A stretch of 64,000 nt of DNA from a virus: positions 1 through 64,000 of IMG/VR virus record IMGVR_UViG_3300034101_003479. The stretch is one strand, 5' to 3'. The stretch's first letter is position 1, and each line of letters starts with the position of its first letter. Below the pieces are notes generated by a model. That model saw only the letters and a program-made list of their open reading frames with translations, made no database searches and was not told the DNA's origin. Positions 44,908-56,065 of the stretch are shown here, one piece after another. Position numbers and translations under genes: made by a program.

Positions 44908-47886
44908 TTATACGCTGGCTGAGAATCCAGATGAATATGTTTGGCCATTAGTTCCTAATATTGTTGCCTGGTAACTTCCCCATCTACCTGCGGTAGTTGT
45001 AGAGGTATCTCCATCCGTAGTTCCTATTCTATAGTTCCACGGTATACCGTTAATATTTCTAAAACTCGTTGTATATGACCTTGTTCCGCTAGCAATAATT
45101 GTTCCACTCGAACTTCCAGAACGAATTCTCCATGGATAACTAGGGTTTCCAGAGGTACTTCCACTCCAAGAAGCATTATCCCATCCCCAGTTAAAAGTGG
45201 ATCCAGATCTAAAGAAATATGGAGGATTATTGTTTAATGAAATTGATGGGGTGACAAATACGGCATTCCATATTGCTGTTGCTGTTGCATTTGCAGACCC
45301 AAATGTATAAGAGCCTCCTCCAGAATAGGTAGAGCCTCCAATATTCCATCCTCCAAAGCTAAATCCAGATCGTGTTCCAGCTCCTGATGCCAATGTAATT
45401 GTCGCACCGCTTGCTCCAGGTTGAGGTAATGGAGTAGTAGATCCGCCATTTGCAGAATATGTAAGAGTATAAGTAACAACCGTAGAAGCTGTTCCAGTCA
45501 CAGTTGTTGATGCGGTATTATATCCAGAAACAGATTTATTAACTGTTATTGTAGAGGACTGGGCGGATGATAATCCTGATGCCGTGACCGCACCAGTCGA
45601 AGAGTTTACGCTTCCAGAACCAGCGGTTGCTGAAACATATGAGTACGAGGCTTCTGTTTGTGCGCCAGAATTTATAGAAGCCGTCCACCCACCAGCTGCA
45701 GAAGTTGCAGATCCATATGAAAATGCAACTGCATCAGCATTTGCTGAAGTAATCTGATTGCCAAAATAATAATATGTAGTTCCATTGGTTCCCACGACTG
45801 TGTCTCTTACTGTAAATACATAGGGGACTCCAGCGGGATCAGAAGGAACTATTGCGTATGGATTGGCTGTTCTAAATGATGATAATGTATTTCCTGACGG
45901 AGACACAAGGTTTGATGTATTTGTAGAATAAAGTAGTACGGATGTTACTGATGCCGCATTATTATAAGTTCCAGCAGACCAAGTAATGCTATCAAGATAC
46001 TTAACGATAGATGTAGAAAATGTATTAGTTGCTCTTGCTGTTGGTGCAGAGTTTTGTGAAACAGCTGAGGATGTTACAGTAAATGGAAATCCAGCACTCC
46101 AAGAGCTTGCTACTGATGACGGACCTACACTAGTTTCTCCAGTAGAGGCAACAGATCTAACATACATATAATATGTAAATCCTGCAGAAGATGGACCTGT
46201 TGAGTCTGTTACTGGACTAGAAGAACCTGATCCGTCTGGTGTATATTGTACAGTTGTCGACAATGATGAAGCCGTTGTCCAATATATTTGATAAGCTGGA
46301 CCAGATCCTCCAGAAAAATAAGCTGTTACTGGTGCCCCTTCAATTCCAGAAGAAACAAATGAAACTGTTGGTGCTGTTAAAACATTTTGAATTGAAACAG
46401 ATGCGGTGCCAATTGAATAATCTGGTATTGTTTCTACATAGGCGGTGTAGTTTCCAGTTGAGTTATAAGTATTTGATAAACTATACGTTGGCTTGTTGGT
46501 TCCATATGACGGGTAAATCCAACCACTACTACTTCCGTCTCCATAAACAACTCTATATGCATAAGGGTAGCTATTTAATCCAGAAGGATAACTTTGAATT
46601 ATTCCTGAAAACGTTACAGTTGTTCCTGGGCCTCCAGATGTTGGTGTAGCGGTAATAGTACCCAAAGAAGTTGGGTCAATATCCCACCAGTCAAATGAGA
46701 AGCTAGTAGAAACTGTATCTCCAGGAACCCAATAGTATCTGGTTCCACCTATCACTGCACTTATTTCATATTCCCACGTCCATCTTGAAATACCACCATC
46801 ATATGTTGATCCGTTAAAGATTTCTGGGATTGAAAAAACATCATATAGAAAAGCATTACCACCAGATATTGTAACATTGCTTATGTTTCCAACATTATTA
46901 TAATCTGACTCATATACAATCCATGCTGCAGATGCTGTTGCTACCGCCTGATTATCTGGGTTCCAATAAGCTCCTGTTTGATTATTCAACACTCTATATC
47001 TCACTCTAAATGTTGTTGAGGAGTTTACCCCAGAAACTTTCCATTTTAATTTTAATGTGGTAGCTGTTACTAAATTACCTCTATTGTTAAAACCACTGTC
47101 TCCGTTTGAATCTTCAAAAACAACATCTGATATTCCTATTGGCTGACCAATTGTGGATGTCTGATTACTCGTTGATGTTGTTTCTCCGCCTGTATTTGTA
47201 GCAGTTACAGATACCCTTAGTGTATGACCAACGTCTGTGCTTTGAATAGTGTATGTAGAACTAGATCCAAGATCATCTCCAGTAGCATCTCCCCAGTACC
47301 ATCTATAAGTAAAATTATCTGGTGCTGTGTCCCCTGTATTGTCTGTAGTATTCTTCCAGTACGTTCCGAGTGTTGTTAAGGCTGTTACCGTTGAGTTTGC
47401 TGCTAATGTACCACTAATTGCTGGTAATGTAAGTGCAACTGGTTTATACTTTGTTATTTTTACTGCTTTTGCGGCAGCTTCGTTAAAATTGGTTCCATCA
47501 GATGCTCTTACTGTTACAGTAATCCACTTATCGTCATCGTCAGAAACAGTTTTATATGAAGTAGAGGTGGCTGCCGTAATGTTTTCAAATGGTCCAGTTT
47601 CATTATCTGACCTGCTCCATTGTCTTGTATATGAAGTGGCACCGTCCCAGCTTCCATTTGTTGAGTCATAGGTGTCAAAAAGTTTTCCACCTTCTCGTGG
47701 GGTTATCACAGGAGATGAGTTTAATGAGGGACCAGAACCAGCAAATACTTTAGTCCAAGCCCCATTTCTTTTTACATATGCAGTAGCAAGGGCTGTCCAG
47801 GCTCCGTTCCTTTTTAGATACATTTTTTTAATCTGTACCCATTTAGAAACTCCATTAACAGATTTTTTTATAAATGCTACTGGCAT
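44908..47886 (-). CDS. tail fibre / adhesin with Ig-like and PKD-like domains
   Basis: N-terminal Y.K.NGAW repeats, repeated P.I...G.W...Y.W Ig-like units, YGDGS...Y...G.Y, Ser/Thr-rich. Confidence 0.75.
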   Translation of the reverse strand: MPVAFIKKSVNGVSKWVQIKKMYLKRNGAWTALATAYVKRNGAWTKVFAGSGPSLNSSPVITPREGGKLFDTYDSTNGSWDGATSYTRQWSRSDNETGPFENITAATSTSYKTVSDDDDKWITVTVRASDGTNFNEAAAKAVKITKYKPVALTLPAISGTLAANSTVTALTTLGTYWKNTTDNTGDTAPDNFTYRWYWGDATGDDLGSSSTYTIQSTDVGHTLRVSVTATNTGGETTSTSNQTSTIGQPIGISDVVFEDSNGDSGFNNRGNLVTATTLKLKWKVSGVNSSTTFRVRYRVLNNQTGAYWNPDNQAVATASAAWIVYESDYNNVGNISNVTISGGNAFLYDVFSIPEIFNGSTYDGGISRWTWEYEISAVIGGTRYYWVPGDTVSTSFSFDWWDIDPTSLGTITATPTSGGPGTTVTFSGIIQSYPSGLNSYPYAYRVVYGDGSSSGWIYPSYGTNKPTYSLSNTYNSTGNYTAYVETIPDYSIGTASVSIQNVLTAPTVSFVSSGIEGAPVTAYFSGGSGPAYQIYWTTASSLSTTVQYTPDGSGSSSPVTDSTGPSSAGFTYYMYVRSVASTGETSVGPSSVASSWSAGFPFTVTSSAVSQNSAPTARATNTFSTSIVKYLDSITWSAGTYNNAASVTSVLLYSTNTSNLVSPSGNTLSSFRTANPYAIVPSDPAGVPYVFTVRDTVVGTNGTTYYYFGNQITSANADAVAFSYGSATSAAGGWTASINSGAQTEASYSYVSATAGSGSVNSSTGAVTASGLSSAQSSTITVNKSVSGYNTASTTVTGTASTVVTYTLTYSANGGSTTPLPQPGASGATITLASGAGTRSGFSFGGWNIGGSTYSGGGSYTFGSANATATAIWNAVFVTPSISLNNNPPYFFRSGSTFNWGWDNASWSGSTSGNPSYPWRIRSGSSSGTIIASGTRSYTTSFRNINGIPWNYRIGTTDGDTSTTTAGRWGSYQATILGTNGQTYSSGFSASV

Positions 47887-47895
47887 TCTGTTTCC

Positions 47896-49959
47896 TTAGT
47901 TATTCGTGCTAAATGCAATATCGCCATTTTGTCCAACATTCTGCCAAGATGAACCAAGGATTGTTGTAGAAGAAGATCCTGTAGAAAAAAAAGCTCTTCC
48001 TCTAGTAATTTTGCCGCTTGCATCGGCTTGCAAAACTGCTGGCTGGTCTGAAAAGCTTGTTGTCTCGTGTCTATTTGTCCAGTTATCCCCAAAACCATTC
48101 ATATAAAAAGCTTTTTCAGTGCTATTAGATCTTACTTCAAAACTTATATATCCCCCAGGATAATTTCCATATATAGTTGCGTCCCCAGAAGCGGTTCCTG
48201 TTTGCAGCCATAGTTCAGAATAGTATCCAGAGGTTGGTACTCCACCTTTTTCAATTGAGTCTGTAATTTTAAGGGTTTTTGATGTATTTGTAATGGTTGT
48301 GGTTCCGCTTACCCAGGTTTCATTAATAGGGTCATAGTATCCAGTAGACACTTCATCTGTCCACGTATCAAATGCTGGAATCATGCTATAGTTTGCTTCA
48401 GTAAAATTAATTTTTGTAGAAGTATCTGAAGCTTCGCTGTAGTCTCCGCTCTGCCCCCCAGTTCCAACCTGTCTTCCACTTACGTTAATTGTTGTACCAG
48501 TTATTGTTGATGAATTAACTTCACCGTTTGTTAAAGTGCCACCACTCATCGTTAGATTTCCAGTAGAAGTGTTTAGTGTAAATTTACCACTTGCGGATCC
48601 ACCATTATAATGAGCTATAGAATCTGGCGTCAATCTTATATGTGCGCCAGACGCACTTCCAATAAACAAAGCAGGATCATATCCGCCATTTAGCTTAATT
48701 GTCCCTGTTGCGTTTTGCAAGTAGCTTCCAGCAATTGTCCACCCAGCAATTTCTCCAACTGTAGCTTTTAAATATCCGCTTCTGCTTACGCTAAATGGAG
48801 CACTTAAAAAAGTTGTATTTCCTAGCCATATGCCTGTTGAAGGCTCTGCTTTAAATATGTCGTTACCAGATCCAATGGACAAGTCTCCAGTAAATGTTCC
48901 AGATCCTTTTATTGATAAAGTTCCAGTTGTTCCGCTTGTTAGGTATTCTAATAACTTTGTTGTTCCATCTGTTCCATAAATAATAAATGGTGAAGAGCTT
49001 CCTGAGATAACAACTCTTTGCCCTCCACTAACTCCAGCAGTTATTGAGGCTTCAGCCGTTAGTATGCCAGTGCTAATTTCGCTAGCTGGTAGCTTAGAAA
49101 CTGTAATCGGATTTCCGCCTGCAGATATTGGCTGTCCATTTGCAACCTTATTTGCATTTACCGTGTCTATTTTAATATAGTATGGAGTTCCGTATTGCAG
49201 TGTAGCGCCAGATGATTTATCAATAACTGTTCCAACACCTATTGAAACTTTATTTGACCCATTGGCAAAATTTAATGTGTGAACCCAGTTGTTGTCACTT
49301 ACAGTAAAATCTGGGGTAGTACCGATGAAAACTTTAGCCCCAGCAAAGCTGCCAGAAGTAAAGTCTTCAAATCCGCCATTGCCATTTGATTTCTTTCCGT
49401 TCCATTCTACTATTATAGAAGCAAGCCCTGATGTAACTGTTGGTGCATATGGATCTTCTGGTTCTAAAACTGACTGACCAGATTTTGTAACTAAAATACT
49501 TCTTGCATCGCTTACTGCAGATTTAGTTCCGTAGTTTGATATTGCATAAAGAGCTACAGCGTATTGACCTGCTGGTGCAGCTATTGTCTGTGTTCCTGCA
49601 ACCTTGAAGCTGCCAGCTGCCTTTGTTCCATCAAATGGAGCTCCATCTATAAATATATCAACTCTATCTACATTTGTTATTGGCTTTCCAGATTTATCGT
49701 TTCCGTTCCATGTTATCTTAATGAATCCATCATCGCCCACTACGTCTGTTAAAGATAAATTAGGGCTTCCTGGAAGAGTTTCTCCTGGGGTTACAAGAAG
49801 TCTAGATGCCGACCACAGGCCAAAAGTTCCATCTTTATATTTGTATCTAAATTGAATTGGATATGTTTCGTTTACATTTAGGTCTGTTACCGTTACAATA
49901 AAATAGTTTCCGTCTTCTACTGCAACGGAATTGTCTATTAACAAATCCTGATAAGTCAT
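47896..49959 (-). CDS. minor tail protein (FN3-like plus Gly-rich beta repeats)
   Basis: Position in the tail module; composition; GEIAGWTI motif. Confidence 0.7.
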   Translation of the reverse strand: MTYQDLLIDNSVAVEDGNYFIVTVTDLNVNETYPIQFRYKYKDGTFGLWSASRLLVTPGETLPGSPNLSLTDVVGDDGFIKITWNGNDKSGKPITNVDRVDIFIDGAPFDGTKAAGSFKVAGTQTIAAPAGQYAVALYAISNYGTKSAVSDARSILVTKSGQSVLEPEDPYAPTVTSGLASIIVEWNGKKSNGNGGFEDFTSGSFAGAKVFIGTTPDFTVSDNNWVHTLNFANGSNKVSIGVGTVIDKSSGATLQYGTPYYIKIDTVNANKVANGQPISAGGNPITVSKLPASEISTGILTAEASITAGVSGGQRVVISGSSSPFIIYGTDGTTKLLEYLTSGTTGTLSIKGSGTFTGDLSIGSGNDIFKAEPSTGIWLGNTTFLSAPFSVSRSGYLKATVGEIAGWTIAGSYLQNATGTIKLNGGYDPALFIGSASGAHIRLTPDSIAHYNGGSASGKFTLNTSTGNLTMSGGTLTNGEVNSSTITGTTINVSGRQVGTGGQSGDYSEASDTSTKINFTEANYSMIPAFDTWTDEVSTGYYDPINETWVSGTTTITNTSKTLKITDSIEKGGVPTSGYYSELWLQTGTASGDATIYGNYPGGYISFEVRSNSTEKAFYMNGFGDNWTNRHETTSFSDQPAVLQADASGKITRGRAFFSTGSSSTTILGSSWQNVGQNGDIAFSTNN

Positions 49960-51030
49960 TTAGATATTCCACTCCAAGTCTAACTTATATTCAATATCTA
50001 ATGATCTTCCAGCTATTTTCTGTATGCCATAAAAATTTCCAATTCCAGAAACTGTTGCTGTATTATTTTTTGAAAGGGTTATTGTGTAGTCAGATATGCT
50101 TACTATTTCTGCCCCTGAAGCAATTCCATTCCCAGAGACTGGCTGACCTATAAACAAGTTTGTAGCAGAGCCTACGGTTATAGTGTTTTGGCCAGAAGTA
50201 CCAGAAATCTCAGAATTTGTAATAACTAAAGATCTGCTAATTAATCCAAAAATTGGGTCGAATGTGTCTTCATCATTAATTCTTAACCCATCAAAACCTA
50301 CAGAAGATATTGTAGATCCAATTGGTTCTATTGTAATTCCTATTTTATTTATACTTGATTTGTCAGGAGCTGGAGAAGTAGCTCCATTAAATATTTCTGA
50401 CATCGGTATATCCAGTGTCATTTTATGTCCTGTGCCAGACTCTGGTGTGATTGTTTTTAAAAACCATCTGTCGTCTGAGCTGTAAAATTTAATTTTAATT
50501 GAATTAAGATTTTCATCTTTTTTATAGTAAGCTAATTTAAGTGTATCGTTAACGCTATATCCTGATAAATCTAAATTTTCAATACTATATATATACTCAT
50601 TAGAGCCTCCTTGTAGTGACTGCATCAGGAGTAGTGTGTTCCCTATTCTTGAATTTGACGTTAGGTAGTCTGCTTTAAAGCCTTCTTCATCTGTCCACTC
50701 TAAATAAGATTCAAAATCTGTTATAAACTTGCTGTCAAAATTATTAATAGAAGATCTTGTAGATGGGTAAAGACCCATTTCGTTGATACGTCCTTCTACA
50801 TCTTGTGGTATTGTTGTTTTAAATATAACAGAATATGTTGTGACATCATCATTGGTCTGTATATCGGTTGTTCCAAATATTACTGGGGCCCTGTAGAATT
50901 CGAATCCTAATCTAGTATTGTTTTCTGACTCCTGAGAATAATCTATACCGATAGCAATGTCTTTATTTAAGTTAGGGACATTTCCAGATATTTGATTTGT
51001 TAAAAATCTTTTTCCAAATTTTGTTATCAT
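49960..51030 (-). CDS. minor tail/baseplate protein
   Basis: MITKFGKRFL, LGFEFYR, INEMGLY; tail module. Confidence 0.65.
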   Translation of the reverse strand: MITKFGKRFLTNQISGNVPNLNKDIAIGIDYSQESENNTRLGFEFYRAPVIFGTTDIQTNDDVTTYSVIFKTTIPQDVEGRINEMGLYPSTRSSINNFDSKFITDFESYLEWTDEEGFKADYLTSNSRIGNTLLLMQSLQGGSNEYIYSIENLDLSGYSVNDTLKLAYYKKDENLNSIKIKFYSSDDRWFLKTITPESGTGHKMTLDIPMSEIFNGATSPAPDKSSINKIGITIEPIGSTISSVGFDGLRINDEDTFDPIFGLISRSLVITNSEISGTSGQNTITVGSATNLFIGQPVSGNGIASGAEIVSISDYTITLSKNNTATVSGIGNFYGIQKIAGRSLDIEYKLDLEWNI

Positions 51031-51042
51031 TTTTTTCTCCTA

Positions 51043-51843
51043 TTAAAGTGGCGTTGAGTATGCAGACCTATATGTTTGTCCGTTTACTCCAACTACCACT
51101 GTTCTTACTCTTAGCCACCTAGGAGATGAAGTTGATGCAGTATCTCCATTTCTTGAGCTAACTCTATATTTTCTCATATAACTACTAGTTCCAATTTGAT
51201 AATTTCCAGAAGATGGGTATGCAATAGTTCCACTACTTAAAGCAGGTGCGGTTGGAGAATTAGTTGAACTAACTATCCACTCATAGGAAACTGAGGAGTT
51301 TGTGCCAAATCCAGAAGCATCATTCCATCCCCAGGATATTGTATTCCCATCTCGCTTAAATACAACATTGGGTTTTGTTGGGGTTGGCTCTACAAAACTA
51401 ACCGATGACAATGTTTGGGTTGATATCACCTGGACCTGAGATGTTAAATTAAAAATTCTTGCATCTATGCCAGAAACATTTGTTGGATTATCACTAGAGT
51501 TTCTAATTTTGATTAGCGCTCTTACCTTTTGCGCTTTTGATACTGGGTCATAGTAGGGTTCGTAAACTATGCTTTCAATATCGGTTAATGACGGTATGTC
51601 TAAAGATTCTCCAACTACTGGCGGTGTTTCTGTTTCTTGTTCTTTAGGTATACCAATAACTGTTGATGTGCTTGATGCGGAATATAAGTTTGAATTTAAG
51701 TATCTTGAATAATCAATGGACCCAGCTTTTATTGCAATATAATCACTTGGGTGCAAATGCAATGAGTCTGGGTGGTCTAACGGGAGGGCAATTACTGCTC
51801 CTCTTGTTAGATCTTTGACGTCTATTCTTTTTGACTTAGCCAT
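51043..51843 (-). CDS. minor tail protein with C-terminal domain similar to the fibre tip
   Basis: Tail module; WGW...GDT...RW...NGQTY domain. Confidence 0.65.
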   Translation of the reverse strand: MAKSKRIDVKDLTRGAVIALPLDHPDSLHLHPSDYIAIKAGSIDYSRYLNSNLYSASSTSTVIGIPKEQETETPPVVGESLDIPSLTDIESIVYEPYYDPVSKAQKVRALIKIRNSSDNPTNVSGIDARIFNLTSQVQVISTQTLSSVSFVEPTPTKPNVVFKRDGNTISWGWNDASGFGTNSSVSYEWIVSSTNSPTAPALSSGTIAYPSSGNYQIGTSSYMRKYRVSSRNGDTASTSSPRWLRVRTVVVGVNGQTYRSAYSTPL

Positions 51844-51863
51844 ATTTTTATTATACCATTTAA

Positions 51864-53573
51864 CTATAAAGTTCTACAGGTAATTTGGGTCTCCAATCCG
51901 CCAGAATAAGAGTGTGTTACATTTGTTACTATAAAACTTTCAGTTCCTGCTAAGCCATAGTAAGAGTACTTTATTCCAACTATATCGCCTACAGAAATAA
52001 GAGGGTTTCCAAATATTGACATTGTTATAAGCTTGCCTTTATTTACAACATTACTTTTAATCCATTGGGCCAAGCTTTTTACATCAGCCTCATTTTGAAG
52101 CCACATAGACTGAAAAATAATTGGCTCAACTGTTGTGTATTCATTTAATCCTTCAGTTTTATATTCAAGGTCTCCAGAGCTTCCAAGAGTATTTCCATAG
52201 ATGTAAAGGCTTGCTTCTAGACCATTAGATACTGGGATGCTGGTAGAAGTATTGTTTAATATGAATGCTTGAGCGCCAAAGTTAGAAACCTTTTGACCAA
52301 TAATGTTTGCATATTTATTTATACCAGTACTCCATTTAATTGGGTAAGATGGCCTTGAATCGTATTTTATATCAACCTTTAATATCTCTCTTACAACAGT
52401 TCCAAATTCATCAAGGGCGGTTAATTTTTTATTTGCAAGAGATATTTCATCTTGTGAATAATTTGACATGTACGATAAATCACCAAAAGATGTATTTACT
52501 AAATCGTTTCCAAATTGACCTTGATAAAAATTTAAATCAAAAGTAGAGTCTGCATACTGGTAGTCTTTAAGTTCATTTCCGTATACGTAATCAAATGCCA
52601 CCTCGCCTCTTCCGCATAGAACGGCTACTCTATTTGTTGGTGCAAGAATAGATGTTTCTGGTAGCGCAACGGCACCGCTCTTTCTTACCGTGGAGTCCTG
52701 GTAGCTAATTTTATAACCATTAATGTATGCATCTATATTAACAGTTCTGTTTTGTATTTTTACCTTGACATCAATATTATAAATTCGTCCTCCGTATATT
52801 CCTTCTACGGTAGACTCTGTTCTTGTTCCCATTTCTTTTAATGGCTTTATTTTGTTTCCAACAAATTTAACAATTCTTACGGATTTTTTATCTAATGCTG
52901 CGGATGAGGAGGTCGATTCAATAATAATATAGTATCCAGTTTGACCTAAATTGTCTACAAAAAACCCAAGCCCTCCCATTTGCTTTGGGTTGTCAACCAT
53001 ATTATCTAACACTAAACTTGTTCCATATGAAAAATATCCAACATTATATTCGTTTCCATTAGTTCTAGAAACACTTTTTGTTGATGGAACAACAATGGCT
53101 GGGAACTCTCTGTGGGCTATAGCATATCTTTTTGCTAAATAGTCTTGCTCTGTAACAGAAAGAGCCATGTAAGATTTTGCAACTTTAAAATCTTTTGATT
53201 TTTTAGAAAGTGTTTGTATTTGAATTCCGTCTTTTGGCATTGTATAATTTAGTTGTTGTACGCCATACCCCATATTTGAATTTAAGTATGGAACTACTTG
53301 AAAATCATATGTCGCTCCCATTATTAAATTATCAACAATAAATGGATCAGAGGTTTTGCTTAATGTAACCTCTGGAGAAGATGGGTCGTTTACCCACGCA
53401 CCATTAGATAATATTTTTTTCTGTACGTATATACTATACGAAGTTGGCTCTACAGACCAGTTATACGTATCTATATTTATTTCTACCGAGGTGTTAGAGA
53501 TTGGCTTTATCACTAAATTTGTAATAAAGGTTAGCTGCGTATAGGTCCCTCCGATTGGAAATATATCACGCAT
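51864..53573 (-). CDS. minor tail protein (hub C-terminal part)
   Basis: FN3-like N-terminus; C-terminal GNPLISVGDIV. Confidence 0.7.
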   Translation of the reverse strand: MRDIFPIGGTYTQLTFITNLVIKPISNTSVEINIDTYNWSVEPTSYSIYVQKKILSNGAWVNDPSSPEVTLSKTSDPFIVDNLIMGATYDFQVVPYLNSNMGYGVQQLNYTMPKDGIQIQTLSKKSKDFKVAKSYMALSVTEQDYLAKRYAIAHREFPAIVVPSTKSVSRTNGNEYNVGYFSYGTSLVLDNMVDNPKQMGGLGFFVDNLGQTGYYIIIESTSSSAALDKKSVRIVKFVGNKIKPLKEMGTRTESTVEGIYGGRIYNIDVKVKIQNRTVNIDAYINGYKISYQDSTVRKSGAVALPETSILAPTNRVAVLCGRGEVAFDYVYGNELKDYQYADSTFDLNFYQGQFGNDLVNTSFGDLSYMSNYSQDEISLANKKLTALDEFGTVVREILKVDIKYDSRPSYPIKWSTGINKYANIIGQKVSNFGAQAFILNNTSTSIPVSNGLEASLYIYGNTLGSSGDLEYKTEGLNEYTTVEPIIFQSMWLQNEADVKSLAQWIKSNVVNKGKLITMSIFGNPLISVGDIVGIKYSYYGLAGTESFIVTNVTHSYSGGLETQITCRTL

Positions 53574-55590
53574 TTTGAGTCACCAAAGATCCAGTCCAAA
53601 GGTATTCTGTTGACGGAACACCGCTAGCATTGTGTGATGCGGCTGTGGTTCCTAGAGCCCCTCTTGTCTTAACCCTATATACGCCATTTGGCTTAAAGTA
53701 TATTTCTGAATTTATTCCAGAGGATCCAACCTTTGAAAAGTTTCTATATTTATTTACGTCAGCAGAATTTTCTATCCATATGTTTATAAAGTTTGATCCA
53801 TTATTTAAAACGTTTGTTTCTGTTAGTGCGTCATATATTGTTGATGGCGTCAAATCTTTTGGAATGTACTGATATCCTATTGCGTCAAATTCTATAATCT
53901 CTGAATCTATCATAAAATAGCCGTTAAAATTAAAACCAGATTGAAATTTGCTGTACTTGTCTGGGGTTTCTAAATCTAGGTATATCTTGTTGCTTGAAGC
54001 CGTTAGTGTTTCTTTTAGCCCGCCTGCAATTAAATATGAAGTTGGAGACTGCCAAAGAGGGCCAGACCCTCCCATATAACTTGAAGATATTGGAGTAGAC
54101 CAAAGAATCTTTACCTGATTTGCTGAGGCTATATCTTTTTGGTTAAAGTCTACAATGTTTGGTAAATTACTTTCGCTTTGATCGTAGAAAAAATTCCAAT
54201 TCTTATCAGTTCTTGAATACATATAATTTCTGCTATAGAATTGCAATACATTATTCTCATCGATAACCGCATTCATTTGTATGTCTCTGCAAAGCTCTTG
54301 AATGTGCTCCCAAACTGTCTTGCTGCCGTCTGTCCAAAAATAATTAATAAGCGGGATTGATGAATCTGTTTCCGATGTGAGGTTGAAGGCATAGTTTGTA
54401 AACCCTACAGAGTCTAGCAACCTTCTTAATACTGCTGTTGCTGGGTATGATTCGCATAGCATGTCTGGGGCTATGGTCTCCATTAAATACTTTGTGTTGT
54501 CTAGTGCAGTTAATGTAGTTTCACCATAGCTGTCTATGTCCCAGCTGTCTACATAGTATTGACCCTGAAACACCTTATCGTATTTTTCAGATCCTTCTGT
54601 GTGCGTTCCGCCTGCATGGTATATCTTAAAGTATGGGCTCAATACAACATTTTTATATATATAAGTAAGAGAATTTAACATGGCTACATCTCTATTATAT
54701 GAAACATACTCTGGGGAAGACTGGTTATATTTTGCTAAATTTAAATTTAAAGAGTTTGCAGTTACTTTTCCTACTGGAAGAATGTCTTCGGAAGATGCTG
54801 AGGACTCTTTATTTATTGTAAATGACACCACATCTTCTGATATATCTTTTACCCATCTTGCTGAAATCTCTATAACTCCAATTATTTTCCCAGCGCCTGC
54901 GCTTGGAGTTGTTAGAGTAATTGATTTAATTAAAAGTGGGGAAGCAAATGCGCTTGGTTCTGTGGAAGACCATGCGGATCCATTGTAATGCAATACGACA
55001 TTTCCATCAGACGGAACACTTAATGCGCTTGCAATTGTTACTTGAGTGTTATCAGACTTTGTTATAACTAATGTGTAGTTTGATGGCAAGGTGTGATTTT
55101 TTTCAAACTTTAAAACAATTTTATTTGTAAGGGCGTATTTAGTTCCAGATGTTGCATAATTTATTGTTACATTTGCACCAGTGTTTATTGGAGTAACCCA
55201 ATATTTATAAAATGTTTCTACCCCTGGATAATATATTCTAGGCTGTGAGTCTGGGTATTTTACTGACCTATATGATGAAAATGAATTTGTATAGGTGTCG
55301 GCATCTGCTAGGATAAAATATTTTATTCCAGAGTTAATTGGCCTAAAAGGTTTTATTAAAGAATCAACTGGAAATAGTTTTTTATATGGGTTAGGTCTTC
55401 CAGATGGCCATGCTGGCTGATTTACCGAATTAACTATTTGACCAGTATACGATGAATCCGCAATATTATTAACAGCAGAAATGTTATCAAGCATGTTGTT
55501 CATATTATATTCAATATTGCACCCAGCACTTATCTTAATGCTAGTATTATTATAAAGAGTGTTCTTTAGATTAGTTGAAGCATTTATCAT
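53566..55590 (-). CDS. minor tail protein (hub N-terminal part)
   Basis: Position after the distal tail gene; TVWEHIQELCRD..DENNVLQF. Confidence 0.7.
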   Translation of the reverse strand: MINASTNLKNTLYNNTSIKISAGCNIEYNMNNMLDNISAVNNIADSSYTGQIVNSVNQPAWPSGRPNPYKKLFPVDSLIKPFRPINSGIKYFILADADTYTNSFSSYRSVKYPDSQPRIYYPGVETFYKYWVTPINTGANVTINYATSGTKYALTNKIVLKFEKNHTLPSNYTLVITKSDNTQVTIASALSVPSDGNVVLHYNGSAWSSTEPSAFASPLLIKSITLTTPSAGAGKIIGVIEISARWVKDISEDVVSFTINKESSASSEDILPVGKVTANSLNLNLAKYNQSSPEYVSYNRDVAMLNSLTYIYKNVVLSPYFKIYHAGGTHTEGSEKYDKVFQGQYYVDSWDIDSYGETTLTALDNTKYLMETIAPDMLCESYPATAVLRRLLDSVGFTNYAFNLTSETDSSIPLINYFWTDGSKTVWEHIQELCRDIQMNAVIDENNVLQFYSRNYMYSRTDKNWNFFYDQSESNLPNIVDFNQKDIASANQVKILWSTPISSSYMGGSGPLWQSPTSYLIAGGLKETLTASSNKIYLDLETPDKYSKFQSGFNFNGYFMIDSEIIEFDAIGYQYIPKDLTPSTIYDALTETNVLNNGSNFINIWIENSADVNKYRNFSKVGSSGINSEIYFKPNGVYRVKTRGALGTTAASHNASGVPSTEYLWTGSLVTQNA

Positions 55591-55591
55591 T

Positions 55592-56065
55592 TTATACCTG
55601 TACCATTGTTATTGATACATTCCAAAATGGCTGTGCGCCTCTTTTTAAAACTGTAAAGTTGCAATTTGCAAAGACTACTGTATAGGATTCGTAGTTTGCT
55701 GACTCCTGGTTGGTTCCGTCTTTTGCCAGATTTACTCTAATATTAAAAGCTGACTGACCTTCTGCGCTATTATAAAATGCTCTTAAGTCTTCTGCTCCCC
55801 AAGCTCCATCTACCGTAAATGTTCTATATGATGGTAGCATATCCCAAGATAGAGTAAATGTTTTCTTATCTGCAACAAAAAATTTTCTTAGCGTTCCATT
55901 TGCCATTCTCTGTTGCTTTTCTATACGCTCATTACTTATATCAAATTGAGATCTATTATGCTCTGAGACCTTGTTGTATTTTAATGAGCCATCCCCGCCA
56001 TTAGCAGATGCGTCGTAGCCTTGAATTTGAAGAATGGATCCTCTAGGCATTTTCACTATACTCAT
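55592..56065 (-). CDS. distal-tail-like minor tail protein
   Basis: Immediately after the tape measure; RMANGTLR. Confidence 0.65.
   Translation of the reverse strand: MSIVKMPRGSILQIQGYDASANGGDGSLKYNKVSEHNRSQFDISNERIEKQQRMANGTLRKFFVADKKTFTLSWDMLPSYRTFTVDGAWGAEDLRAFYNSAEGQSAFNIRVNLAKDGTNQESANYESYTVVFANCNFTVLKRGAQPFWNVSITMVQV

Noticed and set aside
44908-51370. Duplicated tail tip domain as a diversity-generating retroelement
   Set aside because: No reverse transcriptase in the window; similarity is protein-level with indels, not adenine-specific
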